A stretch of DNA of 64,000 nucleotides from Candidatus Multivorans sp. (GTDB lineage: Bacteria; Acidobacteriota; Thermoanaerobaculia; Multivoradales; Multivoraceae). Position numbers and translations under genes: made by a program. The stretch covers positions 3,232,001-3,296,000 of the forward strand of contig OZ245033.1 of NCBI GenBank assembly GCA_965224025.1. Direction: 5' to 3'. Shown one piece after another: positions 12,397-24,497 of the stretch (positions are counted from its first letter, which is position 1; each line of letters opens with the position of its first letter). Under the pieces are notes generated by a model. It was not told the origin of the DNA and made no database searches. It worked only from the letters and a program-made list of their open reading frames with translations.

Positions 12397-13506
12397 GTGA
12401 TGCGCGTCGGTTTCGACGTGAGCAAGATCTTCGGGCCGCGGGACGGCGTGGCCCGGTACTCGGCAAGCCTTCTGCAGGCGCTCGCCGAGGAGGCGGAGGA
12501 GCGCGGCGGCACACCGGCGCTTCATCTCTACTCCCTGGGTGCGGAGGCGGACTCGCGGTCCTGGAGGGGCCTTCTGGACGAGCTGCCGGCGAACGCGCGG
12601 CGGGGACCGGGCCGGTGGCCGCGGCGGCGCGACGTCGACCTGTTCCATATCCCTTCGTTTTCCGATCCGGCCTGCTTCGACGGTCCGGTGGTGTTCACGA
12701 TCCACGACTTGACGTTCCTGACCCACCCCGAGTTCCACGTGCTGGACAACCGCAACCAGTGCCTGCTCGGGACCATGCGCGCGGTGTCGCGGCAGGCCAT
12801 GATTCTGGCGGTCTCGGAGGCCACCGCCGAGGAGGTGCGGAAGTGGTTCGTGCTGCCCGAGGATCGGCTGAAGGTGGTCTACGAAGCGGCATCGCCGGTG
12901 TTCGTTGCGTTCGTCGACGCGGAGTTCGAAGCCGCCCGGAAGCGGTTGGCGGCGCGCTTCGGGCTCGACGGCCCGTTCGTGCTCTCGGTGGGCTCGCTCG
13001 AGCCCCGCAAGAACATCGCCCGCCTCGTAGAGGCTTACGCCGAACTCGATCCGGCGTTGCGGAGCAGCGCTCCGTTGGTGCTGGTCGGCGGCAGCGGTTG
13101 GAAGGAGGACGCCGCGTTCGGCGGCGCCTGGCCGGACTTCGTACGGCGTCTGGGGACCGTCGAGGAGGAGGACCTGGCCGCCCTCTACAACGTTGCTTCG
13201 GTGGTGGCGTATCCGTCCCTGGTCGAGGGGTTCGGGCTGCCCGTGGTGGAGGCGATGGCCTGCGGTACACCGGTGCTGACCTCGAACACGTCGTCTCTCG
13301 TAGAAGTGGGCGGAGACGCCGCGCTCTGCGTCGACCCGCTCGATGTAGGGGCGATTCGCGGCGGCCTGGAGGCGCTGCTCGGCGACCCGGCTTTGCGCTG
13401 CCACTACCGGCGGGCCGGTCTCGCTCGCGCGGCCGGCTTCTCCTGGCGCACGGCCGCCAAGGAAGTGATCGAGATCTACCGCGGGGTGGTGGGGGCGGGC
13501 CGATGA
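12397..13506 (+). CDS. GT4 glycosyltransferase; close paralog of 10948-12048
   Basis: MRVGFDVSKIFGPRDG, VGSLEPRKN, YPSLVEGFGLPVVEAMACG. Confidence 0.95.
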   Translation: MMRVGFDVSKIFGPRDGVARYSASLLQALAEEAEERGGTPALHLYSLGAEADSRSWRGLLDELPANARRGPGRWPRRRDVDLFHIPSFSDPACFDGPVVFTIHDLTFLTHPEFHVLDNRNQCLLGTMRAVSRQAMILAVSEATAEEVRKWFVLPEDRLKVVYEAASPVFVAFVDAEFEAARKRLAARFGLDGPFVLSVGSLEPRKNIARLVEAYAELDPALRSSAPLVLVGGSGWKEDAAFGGAWPDFVRRLGTVEEEDLAALYNVASVVAYPSLVEGFGLPVVEAMACGTPVLTSNTSSLVEVGGDAALCVDPLDVGAIRGGLEALLGDPALRCHYRRAGLARAAGFSWRTAAKEVIEIYRGVVGAGR

Positions 13507-14777
13507 GCGGTACGGCAACAGGCCCGCGTTCGATCGGCGTCGTCGCCTACGAGATGGAGGGCGAGTCCACCGGCGTCGGCCGCTACGCCGAGGAGCTTCT
13601 GGCGGCCCTCCGTCGAACACCTCAAGCGGAAGGGTGGCGCCTGCGGCTGTTCTTCAAGGGCGATCCCTTCGAGCACCCGCTGTGGACCGGCGGGGCGGGC
13701 GAGGGTTGCCGCTGCGAACCGGTCTTCGATCGGCGGCCCGGCGCCCATCCGATTCTCTGGGAGCAGTTCCGGTTGCCGAGGCTGCTGCGGCGTGAGCGGC
13801 CGGACGTCGTCTTCTCGCCGGGCTACAGCCTGCCGCGCGCCCTGGATCGGCCATCCCTGGTCACGATCCACGATCTTTCCTTCGAGCACCTGCCGCGGGA
13901 CTTCGGTTTCCGCGAGCTGTGTCGCCGCCGCTACCTTGCCCGCGGCGCGGCACGCGCGGCCACCAGAGTACTGACCGACACCCGGCGCACCGCCGCCGAC
14001 CTGCGGCAGCGGTACGGCCTGCCGGCGGACCGCGTTGCCGCTGTGCCCCTGGGCGTGTCGCCGCGCTTCGCGCGAGCCCGGGAGTCGGCCGGCGCCGGAG
14101 AGCAGGAGCAGGCCCGTGTTCTGGCGGAGCTGGGTGTTCAGCAGCCCTACCTGCTGGTGCTCGGCTCGATCCTCCCGCGCCGGCGGCTGGACCTGGTGCT
14201 GCGTGCTCTGGGTCGCCTGGTGCGCGAGCCGGCGCCGACCCCACTGGGTGCGCCGGCCTTCCGGCCGGCATCTGGCTCGGGACCGGGTCCCGGGTCCCCG
14301 AACCTCGACGAGCTCCGCCTCGTCATCGCGGGCCGGAACCAGTTGCCTCGTCGTGACGACCTCGACCGGCTCATCCAGGGCGGCGACTGGGCGCAACGCG
14401 TCGTCCGCCTCGGCTACGTCGACGACGAGCTGCTGCCGGCGTTGTACGCGCGGGCCCTGGGAACGATCTACGTGTCGGAGTACGAGGGGTACGGGCTGCC
14501 GCCGCTCGAGTCGCTTGCCGCCGGGGCGCCGGTGCTCGTCTCGGACGCGCCGGCCCTGACCGAGTTGTGGCCGGAGTATCCGCTTCGATGCGACCGGCTC
14601 GAGATCGACGCGTTGACCGACGGCCTGCGGCGGCTGGTGCTGGACCGCGAAGCGCGCGGGTCGGCAATGTCGGAGGGGACCGACCGGGTACGATCCCTGA
14701 CCTGGGACCGCGCCGCCGAGTGCTTCGCCGACGAGGTGGAGACGGCTTGGCGAACGGCGCGGGGGAAGGCCCAGTGA
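13503..14777 (+). CDS. GT4 glycosyltransferase
   Basis: TGVGRY, LWEQ..LP, TIHDL, SEYEGYGLPPLESLAAG; ATGA overlap with the upstream gene. Confidence 0.9.
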   Translation: MSGTATGPRSIGVVAYEMEGESTGVGRYAEELLAALRRTPQAEGWRLRLFFKGDPFEHPLWTGGAGEGCRCEPVFDRRPGAHPILWEQFRLPRLLRRERPDVVFSPGYSLPRALDRPSLVTIHDLSFEHLPRDFGFRELCRRRYLARGAARAATRVLTDTRRTAADLRQRYGLPADRVAAVPLGVSPRFARARESAGAGEQEQARVLAELGVQQPYLLVLGSILPRRRLDLVLRALGRLVREPAPTPLGAPAFRPASGSGPGPGSPNLDELRLVIAGRNQLPRRDDLDRLIQGGDWAQRVVRLGYVDDELLPALYARALGTIYVSEYEGYGLPPLESLAAGAPVLVSDAPALTELWPEYPLRCDRLEIDALTDGLRRLVLDREARGSAMSEGTDRVRSLTWDRAAECFADEVETAWRTARGKAQ

Positions 14778-15778
14778 GCGGATCGCAGCAGCCGGCGGTC
14801 AGCGCCCTGGTCGTGAACTACAACGCCGGTGACCGGCTCAGGCGGTGCTTGGAGAGCCTCCAGGCGATCGGCGAGGCATGGCGGCCGGACGGCGCGGCCG
14901 CACCGGATTCGGCCGGGACGGGCGCCGCTGGCGGCAGGCCGGCAGCCGGGAAGTGCCGGCCGGCTCGATTGCCGGCCGGTTTGGAGGCGGTGGTGGTGGA
15001 CAACGCGTCTGTTGACGGTTCGTCGTCGTCGGTCCGCGAGTTCGAGTCGGCCGCGTCCCCGGCCCTGCCGGTTCGACTCATCGAGTCGGATCGCAACCTC
15101 GGCTTCGGCGCCGCGTGCAATCTGGCTGCCGCGAAGTCGGCCGGCCGTCATCTGCTGCTCCTGAACCCGGACGCATGGATCGACGAGGAATCCCTGCGGC
15201 GTCTGGTCGAGGCGCTGGAGTCCGACGATCGGCTCGCGGTCGCCGCACCTTCGCTCCGCTACCCGGACGGCGCCCGCCAGTTCGTCTGGTCGCCGCCCAC
15301 CGGAGTGCCGGGGGAGGCCATTCAGAGATTCCGCAACCGGTTCGAGGGGGCGGGTTGGAACCACCGCGTGCTGCCGCCCGTGCTGAGACTCCTGGTGGGT
15401 CCCGGCTGGTTCACCGCCGCCTGCCTGCTCGTCCGTCGCTCGGCCTTCCAACGGGCCGGCGGTTTCGACGAGGGGTTCTTTCTCTACTTCGAGGACGCGG
15501 ACCTGGGACTCCGACTCCACCGTGCCGGCTTCAGGCAGCGCGAAGTGGCCGGGGCGCGGGCATGGCATCTGCGGGGCGCCGTGACCGGTGCGGATCGCGA
15601 ACGCGGTCTGACGCCGGGGGTGGAGCGCTTCTACCGCGCCTCCCAGTTGCGCTACTACGACCTCCACCGGTCCCGTTGGGAACGGGCGGCTCTGCGCCGG
15701 CGGCTACGCCGCAAGTTCGGTGCGATCGGGGATGAAGCGCACCGGCGAGCCATGCTCCGGTTGCTCGAAGAGGCGTGA
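14774..15778 (+). CDS. GT2 glycosyltransferase (WbbL-like)
   Basis: VVNYN, VVDNASVDGS, NLGFGAACN, LLNPDA, FDEGFFLYFEDADL. Confidence 0.92.
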   Translation: MSGSQQPAVSALVVNYNAGDRLRRCLESLQAIGEAWRPDGAAAPDSAGTGAAGGRPAAGKCRPARLPAGLEAVVVDNASVDGSSSSVREFESAASPALPVRLIESDRNLGFGAACNLAAAKSAGRHLLLLNPDAWIDEESLRRLVEALESDDRLAVAAPSLRYPDGARQFVWSPPTGVPGEAIQRFRNRFEGAGWNHRVLPPVLRLLVGPGWFTAACLLVRRSAFQRAGGFDEGFFLYFEDADLGLRLHRAGFRQREVAGARAWHLRGAVTGADRERGLTPGVERFYRASQLRYYDLHRSRWERAALRRRLRRKFGAIGDEAHRRAMLRLLEEA

Positions 15779-15850
15779 CCGGTTGGTAAGGTCCCAAGGC
15801 TTGCGGAGGGAGTGGCCAGTGTCTCGTGTTCGCCCGGGTCTTCACCGCTG

Positions 15851-16645
15851 ATGCGCCAGTACCTCGACCTGCTGCGTGAGGTGCTCGATGAGGGCGTCGT
15901 GCGCGACGACCGCACCGGCACCGGCACCCGCAGCGTGTTCGGCCGGCAGTTGCGTTACGACCTGGCCGACGGATTCCCGGCGCTGACCACGAAGCGCCTG
16001 CACCTGCGCTCGATCATCGTCGAGCTGCTGTGGTTCCTGCGCGGGGAGACGAACGTCGACTTCCTGCACCGGCACGGGGTGACGATCTGGGACGAATGGG
16101 CCGACGAGAAGGGCGACCTGGGCCCCGTCTACGGTTCGCAGTGGCGGTCCTGGGCGACGCCGGACGGGCGGTCGATCGACCAGATAGCAGCCGTCGTCGA
16201 TCGCATACGGAGCGAGCCGAACTCGCGGCGTCTGATCGTCAGCGCGTGGAACGTGGCCGAGGTCGACTCGATGGCTCTGCCGCCCTGCCACACGCTGTTC
16301 CAGTTCTACGTCGCCGGCGGCAGCCTCTCCTGCCAGCTCTACCAGCGCAGCGGCGACCTGTTCCTGGGCGTTCCCTTCAACATCGCCTCCTACGCTTTGC
16401 TGCTGATGATGGTCGCGCAGGTCTGCGGTCTCGCGCCTGGGGAGTTGGTCCATACCTTCGGCGACGCCCACCTGTACGGCAACCATGTGGAGCAGACGTG
16501 GAAGCAGTTGTCGCGGCAGCCGCGTCCGTTGCCCGAGATGCGGCTCAATCCGGACGTCCGCTCCATCTTCGATTTTGGGCCCGACGACTTCCAACTCGTA
16601 GGCTACGACCCCCATCCGGCGATCCGCGCCGCGGTCGCGGTCTGA
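15851..16645 (+). CDS. thyA: Thymidylate synthase
   Basis: [39 protein letters not shown]. Confidence 0.99.
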   Translation: MRQYLDLLREVLDEGVVRDDRTGTGTRSVFGRQLRYDLADGFPALTTKRLHLRSIIVELLWFLRGETNVDFLHRHGVTIWDEWADEKGDLGPVYGSQWRSWATPDGRSIDQIAAVVDRIRSEPNSRRLIVSAWNVAEVDSMALPPCHTLFQFYVAGGSLSCQLYQRSGDLFLGVPFNIASYALLLMMVAQVCGLAPGELVHTFGDAHLYGNHVEQTWKQLSRQPRPLPEMRLNPDVRSIFDFGPDDFQLVGYDPHPAIRAAVAV

Positions 16646-16646
16646 G

Positions 16647-17153
16647 ATGCGGCTCTCGGTGATCCTGGCGGCGGCGACGAACGGCGTCATCGGCCTGGAC
16701 GGCCAGCTTCCCTGGCGGCTTCAGACGGATGTGAGCCGCTTCAAGCGGCTGACGGTGGGCCATCACGTGGTGATGGGTCGGCGGACCTGGGAGGAGATCG
16801 GCTGCCGGCCGCTGCCGGGAAGGGAGTGCATCGTGCTGAGCACCCGGACGGACTTCGAGGCGCCGGGCGCGGCCACATTCCGCTCGCTCGACGACGCGCT
16901 GGGCGCGGCACGCGAGGCGGGCGAGGAGGAGGCGTTCGTGATCGGCGGCGCCGGCCTGTTCCAGGCCGCGTTCCGTTTCGCCGACCGCGTCTACCTGACC
17001 CGCGTCCTGGCGGATGTCGAAGGCGACACGGCGGTCGATCTCGGGCCCCTTCGGGGGTGGCGCGTGGAGTGCTTCGAGGACGTTCCCGCGGGCCCCAACG
17101 ACGACTACGCCACCCGCTTCGAGATCCTGTCGCCGCCCGAAGACCGGGCATGA
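16647..17153 (+). CDS. folA: Dihydrofolate reductase
   Basis: NGVIG...LPW, VVMGRRTWE, RPLPGR, FVIGGA; follows thyA. Confidence 0.97.
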   Translation: MRLSVILAAATNGVIGLDGQLPWRLQTDVSRFKRLTVGHHVVMGRRTWEEIGCRPLPGRECIVLSTRTDFEAPGAATFRSLDDALGAAREAGEEEAFVIGGAGLFQAAFRFADRVYLTRVLADVEGDTAVDLGPLRGWRVECFEDVPAGPNDDYATRFEILSPPEDRA

Positions 17154-18229
17154 CGGCCGTCAGCGCGGCGAAGAACCGCACGGAGCTGCTGACCGGGTGG
17201 GCGCTCGAGGCCGGTTTCGACCGCGCGGGGGTCGCTTCGCTGGAACCGCGGGCCGGCGCCGGCGCGTCCTTCCTGCGCCGGCTGGAGCGGGGCCTGTTCG
17301 CCTCCATGGCCTGGCTCGGCAGGCGGCCGCGGAGGCGCCTGGCGCCGGCTTCGTTGCTCGACGGAGCGAGGTCGGCGTTGTGCGTGGCGCTTCACTACCA
17401 CCCTCTGGAGGGCGAGCCCGAGCCCGAAGGCGACCTCTGGCCCCGGGTGGCCCGGTACGCGCGCGGCGACGACTACCACCCGGTGATGGAGCGGCGCCTG
17501 CGGGCGCTCGCGGCCCGTATCCGGGAGGCGTTTCCGGGCGCCGGCGCGCGCTTCTACGTCGATACCGGGCCGGTGCTCGAGAGAGAACTGGCGGCGCGGG
17601 CGGGACTTGGCGCCATTGCCAAGAACACCCAGTTGCTCGACCGCACCGGATCGTGGTTCCTGCTCGGCGAGCTGTTCCTGACCCTGGAACTGGCCCCCTC
17701 CGAGCCGCTGGCCGAAGACCTCTGCGGCAACTGCCGGCGCTGTCTTGAGGCCTGTCCGACCGGGGCGCTGCCGGCCCCCTACGTCCTGGACGCCGGCAGG
17801 TGCATCAGCTACTGGACGATCGAACACCGCGGCGAAGTTCCGGACCACGCGCGATCCCTGGTCGGGGACTGGGTCTTCGGGTGCGACGTCTGTCAGGAGG
17901 TCTGTCCCTGGAACGAACACCGCGCCGCGCTGGCTACGCCCGAGCGGAGCCGGGAGTTCTCCTTGCCCGCGCATCGCGCCGAACTCGATCTGACGGCGCT
18001 CCTCGGGGTGTCGGAGGGCGAGTACCGGACGCGTTTCCGCGGCAGCCCGATGAAGCGGGCCGGGCGGTCCGGATTGCGGCGCAACGCCGCCCTGGCGATG
18101 GGGAACCGTGGCGAAGCCGCCTACGTCCCGGCGCTCGAACGGGCGCAGGCAAGCGGCGACCCCGTGGTCCGAAGACACGCGTCCTGGTCCCTGGCGGCGC
18201 TTCGGAACCGGGCCGAACGCGACACTTAA
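17150..18229 (+). CDS. queG: tRNA epoxyqueuosine reductase
   Basis: ARYARGDDYH, YVDTGPVLERELA, CGNCRRCLEACPTGA, CISYWTIE, GCDVCQEVCPWN. Confidence 0.97.
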   Translation: MTAVSAAKNRTELLTGWALEAGFDRAGVASLEPRAGAGASFLRRLERGLFASMAWLGRRPRRRLAPASLLDGARSALCVALHYHPLEGEPEPEGDLWPRVARYARGDDYHPVMERRLRALAARIREAFPGAGARFYVDTGPVLERELAARAGLGAIAKNTQLLDRTGSWFLLGELFLTLELAPSEPLAEDLCGNCRRCLEACPTGALPAPYVLDAGRCISYWTIEHRGEVPDHARSLVGDWVFGCDVCQEVCPWNEHRAALATPERSREFSLPAHRAELDLTALLGVSEGEYRTRFRGSPMKRAGRSGLRRNAALAMGNRGEAAYVPALERAQASGDPVVRRHASWSLAALRNRAERDT

Positions 18230-18289
18230 GTGTCGTGGAATGAGTGATTAAGCCATGCGCGACGGCACGTTCTGCAAACCGAGCGGCGG

Positions 18290-18318
18290 TTGACCGCTTC
18301 CGGCCGCGTCCCTATACT
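18290..18318 (+). promoter_or_regulatory. Sigma70 promoter for the rpsA operon
   Basis: TTGACC-17 bp-TATACT, near consensus. Confidence 0.8.
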
Positions 18319-18456
18319 TGTCGGTCTGACCTTGGCGTCCGTTCGGGCCCCGACGCCTGCTGTTCGCAGTGCGTCACGGGCCCGATTGTCGGTGCGCTCA
18401 CTATCTGGAAACGCCTACCGCACGGTCCACCGACCGCGGCGAGAACACAGGAACCC

Positions 18457-20418
<1,962 letters not shown>

Positions 20419-20447
20419 AAGGGCCGGCTAAGGGGAGAAAGCCGAAA

Positions 20448-20771
20448 ATGAAAGACGCGATCCAGATCTCTGAAGCCATCCGCCAGGGGATGACCAAGGC
20501 TCACCTGGTCGAGGAAGTGGCGCGCGGCACCGACTTGACGAAGAAGGATGCCGAAGTCATCGTGAGCACGGTGCTGGATAGCATCGTCGACTCGCTGAAG
20601 GACGGCGACAAGATCGAACTTCGCGGCTTCGGGAGTTTTCGCATCCGCGAGCGCGGTTCCAGGATCGGTCGCAACCCGAAGACCGGCGCCCGGGTCGATG
20701 TTCCCTCCAAGAAGATTCCGTACTTCAAGCCCGGCAAGGAACTCAAGGAGCGCTTGAACTCTGACGAGTGA
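20448..20771 (+). CDS. ihfB: Integration host factor beta / HU family protein (alternative start 20490)
   Basis: MTKAHLV, IELRGFGSF, GRNPKTG, PYFKPGKELKE; lies directly after rpsA. Confidence 0.9.
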   Translation: MKDAIQISEAIRQGMTKAHLVEEVARGTDLTKKDAEVIVSTVLDSIVDSLKDGDKIELRGFGSFRIRERGSRIGRNPKTGARVDVPSKKIPYFKPGKELKERLNSDE

Positions 20772-20825
20772 CCTTGGTAGTGAGACCGAGCCCCACAAGG
20801 CCCGGGTTGAGCCCGCCGCGCCCAG

Positions 20826-21239
20826 ATGACGACGACTTCGCCTCCAGCCGGCCCTCCCGCCGAGCCCAGCGGTGTCGTCCGGCCAGTGCTCGTGGCGGTC
20901 GCGGCCTGGGCGGTGCCCGGCAGCGGCCACCTGATTCTGCGCAAGCCGCGTCGCGCCGCCGTCGTCTTCGGCGTGGTCCTGTTCTCCTTCCTGTTCGGGT
21001 GCTGGCTCCGGGGTCACCTCTACGTCGTCGTGCCGGAGCAGCCGCTCAGCCGGCTGGCCACTCTGAGTTCGATGGGCGCCGGCGCCCCGTACTTCGTGGC
21101 CCGCTACCTGGTGGAGTACAGCGGCGACATCCTGTCTTCGACCTTCGAATACGGCAAGGCGTTCCTGCTGACTGCCGGTCTTCTCAATCTCCTGGCGGTG
21201 TTCGACGCTTGGGACATCGCCAGCGGATCGAAGGACTGA
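20826..21239 (+). CDS. Membrane protein (DUF6677-like)
   Basis: AWAVPGSGH...EYG..FLLTAGLLNLL..FDA.D motif, hydrophobic. Confidence 0.75.
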   Translation: MTTTSPPAGPPAEPSGVVRPVLVAVAAWAVPGSGHLILRKPRRAAVVFGVVLFSFLFGCWLRGHLYVVVPEQPLSRLATLSSMGAGAPYFVARYLVEYSGDILSSTFEYGKAFLLTAGLLNLLAVFDAWDIASGSKD

Positions 21240-21244
21240 CGGAC

Positions 21245-21442
21245 GTGTTGACCAGCCACTTCGCCTTGATGGTGATCTACGCCGTCCAGGTCAGCCTGTT
21301 CTTCGCCGTGCTGTGGCGGCGCCAGTTCAGGGACAGGGTGCGGCTCTTTGTGCAGATGATGGTCGGCATGATCGGCGGGGGCCTGGTGCTGGCCTGGTTG
21401 ATGTTCCCGTTTCCATGGTCGCCGCCGGCGCCGATTCCCTGA
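21245..21442 (+). CDS. Small two-TM membrane protein
   Basis: SHFALMVIYAVQVSLFFAVLW...LAWLMFPFP. Confidence 0.7.
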   Translation: MLTSHFALMVIYAVQVSLFFAVLWRRQFRDRVRLFVQMMVGMIGGGLVLAWLMFPFPWSPPAPIP

Positions 21443-22671
21443 CCGGGAGGCCCGGGACCGAGAGCGGTTCGGCGGTTCTGATCTCCGCCGGCGAGGCCTC
21501 CGGCGACCACCACGCGGCGCGAATGATGGAAGCGGTGCGGCGTCTGGCTGGGAACGAAGGGCCGATTCGCTTCTTCGGACTCGGCGGCGACGCGATGGCT
21601 GCCGCGGGTCTGGATCCGGTCGCGCACAGCGATGAGGTGGCCGTGGTCGGCATCGTCGAGGTTCTGCGGGAACTGCCGCGGATCCGGCAGGTCTTTCGCC
21701 GGCTGCTCAGGGCAGTCGAGAAGCGCGGGCCGGAGCTGGCGGTGCTGGTCGACTTTCCGGACTTCAATCTGCGCTTGGCCCGGCGGCTTCACCGGCGTGG
21801 CGTGCCGGTGCTCTACTACGTGTCGCCGCAGGTGTGGGCGTGGCGCCCGCGCCGGGTAGGAACGATCGCCCGCCTGGTCGACCGCATGCTTGTGCTCTTT
21901 CCATTCGAGGTCGACGTGTACCGGGGGCACGAACTCGCGGTGGAGCACGTCGGCCATCCCCTGGTCGATGAGGTGCCCCAACTCCAGTCGGTGTGGGACC
22001 GGGAGGCGGATCTGCCGGCACGCCCGACGGTGGCGCTGCTGCCGGGCTCGCGCAACAGTGAGGTGCGGCGGATCCTGTCGCCGATGCTGCGGGCCGCGGC
22101 GGCCGTGGCGGGCGGACGAAAACACGGTACGACGGAAGCCGGTTCCGGCAACGACGCCGCGCGCATTCGCCTGATCCTGGCGCCTATGGTGGATACCGAC
22201 CTGGTTGATCGCCTGGTCGCGGCGAGCCCGCTCGCCCGCGAGGACCTGGAGATTGTCCGCTCGGGGCGGTTTGCGGCGGTTGCCGGCTCTCATCTCGCGC
22301 TCTGCGCTTCCGGCACCGCGACCCTGGAGGTGGGGCTGCTGGGCACGCCCATGGTGGTGGTCTACCGCGTGTCGCCGCTGACCGGGCTCGTCGGCCGGTG
22401 GTTGGTCAACCTGCCGTTCGTCAGCCTGGTCAACCTGGTGCTCGGTCGCCGGGTCGTGCCGGAACTGCTCCAGGGTGAGGCTGGTGAGGCGCAAATGGCG
22501 GCGACGGCGCGGAAACTCCTGTCCAAACGGCGCCGGATCGACAACATGCGGGCGGACCTGGCCGAACTCCGGCCGGCGCTCGGCGAGTCCGGCGCCAGCG
22601 AACGGGCCGCCCGGAGCCTCCTGCGGGAACTTTCGATGAGCAGGCGATGCCGGGAAGGAGGCCGGCCCTGA
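21415..22671 (+). CDS. lpxB: Lipid-A-disaccharide synthase (start uncertain)
   Basis: ISAGEASGD, VDFPDFN, YYVSPQVWAWR, HVGHPL, LLPGSR, SGTATLE, PELLQ. Confidence 0.97.
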   Translation: MVAAGADSLTGRPGTESGSAVLISAGEASGDHHAARMMEAVRRLAGNEGPIRFFGLGGDAMAAAGLDPVAHSDEVAVVGIVEVLRELPRIRQVFRRLLRAVEKRGPELAVLVDFPDFNLRLARRLHRRGVPVLYYVSPQVWAWRPRRVGTIARLVDRMLVLFPFEVDVYRGHELAVEHVGHPLVDEVPQLQSVWDREADLPARPTVALLPGSRNSEVRRILSPMLRAAAAVAGGRKHGTTEAGSGNDAARIRLILAPMVDTDLVDRLVAASPLAREDLEIVRSGRFAAVAGSHLALCASGTATLEVGLLGTPMVVVYRVSPLTGLVGRWLVNLPFVSLVNLVLGRRVVPELLQGEAGEAQMAATARKLLSKRRRIDNMRADLAELRPALGESGASERAARSLLRELSMSRRCREGGRP

Positions 22672-23567
22672 GAAGCATGACCGGGATCGGAGAGGCGGCC
22701 GAACAGAGCGGTACGCACCGCGTGACCGTCACGGCCCGGTCCGTCAACCACCGCTTTCTCGACTTCGCCGTGCGTCTGCGGGCGCCCTACCGGGTTCTGG
22801 AGCCGGAGTTGCGTGCGGTGGTCGCGGCGGAGATCCGGCGCGGCCGTGTCGAGCTCGGCGTCGAGATCGACACGGCGACTGGCGCCGCAACCGTCGAGGC
22901 GTGCGACGAGACGGCGGATGCTCTGCAGCGGGTCGCCCGGCGCTGGCGGCGCCGGGGCCTCGTGGCGTCGGAGCTGAGTGCCGGCGAGTTGATGTCGGCC
23001 GCGCGCGTGTCGCGACCGGAAGGCGGGCCGTCCGTCATGGGAGCGGAGGAGATGGCGCTCGCGGTGCGGGTCTGCCGGCGCGCGGTGGCGGCTCTCGCGG
23101 CCGAGCGGGAACGGGAGGGACAGGCCCTGGAGGACGCTCTTCGGGGCCATCTCCGCGAGTTGCGTGGAAGGGTGGAAGCCCTTGCCGCGCGCCGCGAAGA
23201 GGTGGTGGATCAGGCCCTGAACGAGTTGCAGGGGCGGGTGCGCGGCCTGCTTCAGCGTCGGGAAGCGGCGGACGCGGCGGACGCCGGACTCGACCCGGCG
23301 CGCGTGGTTCAGGAGGTCGCCCTGCTGATCGAGCGCAGCGACACGGTCGAGGAACTGGAGCGGCTGAGCGGCCACCTGGAGGGCTTTGCGGCGGCGATGG
23401 CCGAAGAAGGCGCGGTGGGGCGGCGGCTCGACTTCCTGACCCAGGAGATCCTGCGCGAGCTGAACACGGTCGGGTCGAAGTGCCGCGACCTGGCGATGCA
23501 GCGCGCGGTCGTCGAGGGTAAGGTGCTGTGCGAGCAGTTGCGCGAGCAGGTGCAGAACATCGAATGA
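22668..23567 (+). CDS. YicC/YloC family endoribonuclease (start CTG 22668 or ATG 22677)
   Basis: RSMTG, RSVNHRFLD, EELERL..H, GRRLDFLTQEILRELNTVGSK, REQVQNIE. Confidence 0.93.
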   Translation: MRSMTGIGEAAEQSGTHRVTVTARSVNHRFLDFAVRLRAPYRVLEPELRAVVAAEIRRGRVELGVEIDTATGAATVEACDETADALQRVARRWRRRGLVASELSAGELMSAARVSRPEGGPSVMGAEEMALAVRVCRRAVAALAAEREREGQALEDALRGHLRELRGRVEALAARREEVVDQALNELQGRVRGLLQRREAADAADAGLDPARVVQEVALLIERSDTVEELERLSGHLEGFAAAMAEEGAVGRRLDFLTQEILRELNTVGSKCRDLAMQRAVVEGKVLCEQLREQVQNIE

Positions 23568-24226
23568 CCGCGGGCACGGCAAGAGGGGAGCTGTTCATAC
23601 TCTCGGCGCCGTCCGGCGCCGGGAAGACCACGCTCGTGCATCGGGCGATGGAACTCGTCGCCGGGGTCGAGTTCTCGATCAGCCACACCACCCGCCTTCC
23701 CCGTGAGAACGAGAGGACCGGCGTCGACTACCACTTCGTGGAGCGGGACGCGTTCGCGTCCATGGTGGCGGAGAACCGGTTCCTGGAGTGGGCGGTGGTC
23801 CACGGCAACCGTTACGGGACATCCGTCGACGAGGTCCTGCCCCGGATCGAGAGGGGAGTGGATGTCCTGCTGGACATCGACGTGCAGGGCGCGGCCCAGG
23901 TGATGGCCAACGGGGGCGCGGCGGGCCGGTTGGGTACCGCGGTCCACAGCATCTTCGTCATGCCGCCGAGCCCCCAGGCGCTGGTGGCGCGCCTCCGGGG
24001 ACGCGATCTGGACGAGGCGCCGGCGATCCGGCAGCGGCTCCAGGGTGCGCTGGGCGAACTGGGCCGCGTGCTGGACTACGACTATGTTATTGTCAACGAC
24101 CGCGCCGAGGCGGCCAGCGAGACCTTGGCCGCCATCATGCTCGAGAAACGACAGCGAAGGGAGCGGATGCGGGAGCGCGTACGCGGCGTTCTTGCGGATT
24201 TTGATGCATATGGCCCGTTTTCCTGA
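23564..24226 (+). CDS. gmk: Guanylate kinase
   Basis: SAPSGAGKTT, SHTTR.PR, DYHFV, FLEWA.VHGNRYGT, IDVQGA. Confidence 0.98.
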   Translation: MTAGTARGELFILSAPSGAGKTTLVHRAMELVAGVEFSISHTTRLPRENERTGVDYHFVERDAFASMVAENRFLEWAVVHGNRYGTSVDEVLPRIERGVDVLLDIDVQGAAQVMANGGAAGRLGTAVHSIFVMPPSPQALVARLRGRDLDEAPAIRQRLQGALGELGRVLDYDYVIVNDRAEAASETLAAIMLEKRQRRERMRERVRGVLADFDAYGPFS

Positions 24227-24476
24227 GAAAGTGGATAGCAAGTTCCGTTTCGTCCTTCTGGCCGCGCGCCGAGCCGAGCAGTTGATTCGCGGCGCCCAGG
24301 AACGCATGCCCCGGGAGAGCCCGAAGTTCGCCCGGCATGCGATGAGCGAGATGCAGCACGACATGGTCGAGTGGGACTACGGCGAGGCGCCCGAGTCTCC
24401 TGAGTCGGTCAGCGCCGAGGACGGAAGCCCGCAGCCCGGGGGCGATGCCTTCGGGCGGCGCAGCACAGTCAACTAG
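24210..24476 (+). CDS. rpoZ: RNA polymerase omega subunit
   Basis: DSKFRFVLLAARRAEQL; gmk-rpoZ-coaBC synteny. Confidence 0.92.
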   Translation: MARFPEKVDSKFRFVLLAARRAEQLIRGAQERMPRESPKFARHAMSEMQHDMVEWDYGEAPESPESVSAEDGSPQPGGDAFGRRSTVN

Positions 24477-24497
24477 GGGTCTGCCGGAGGTCACGGT

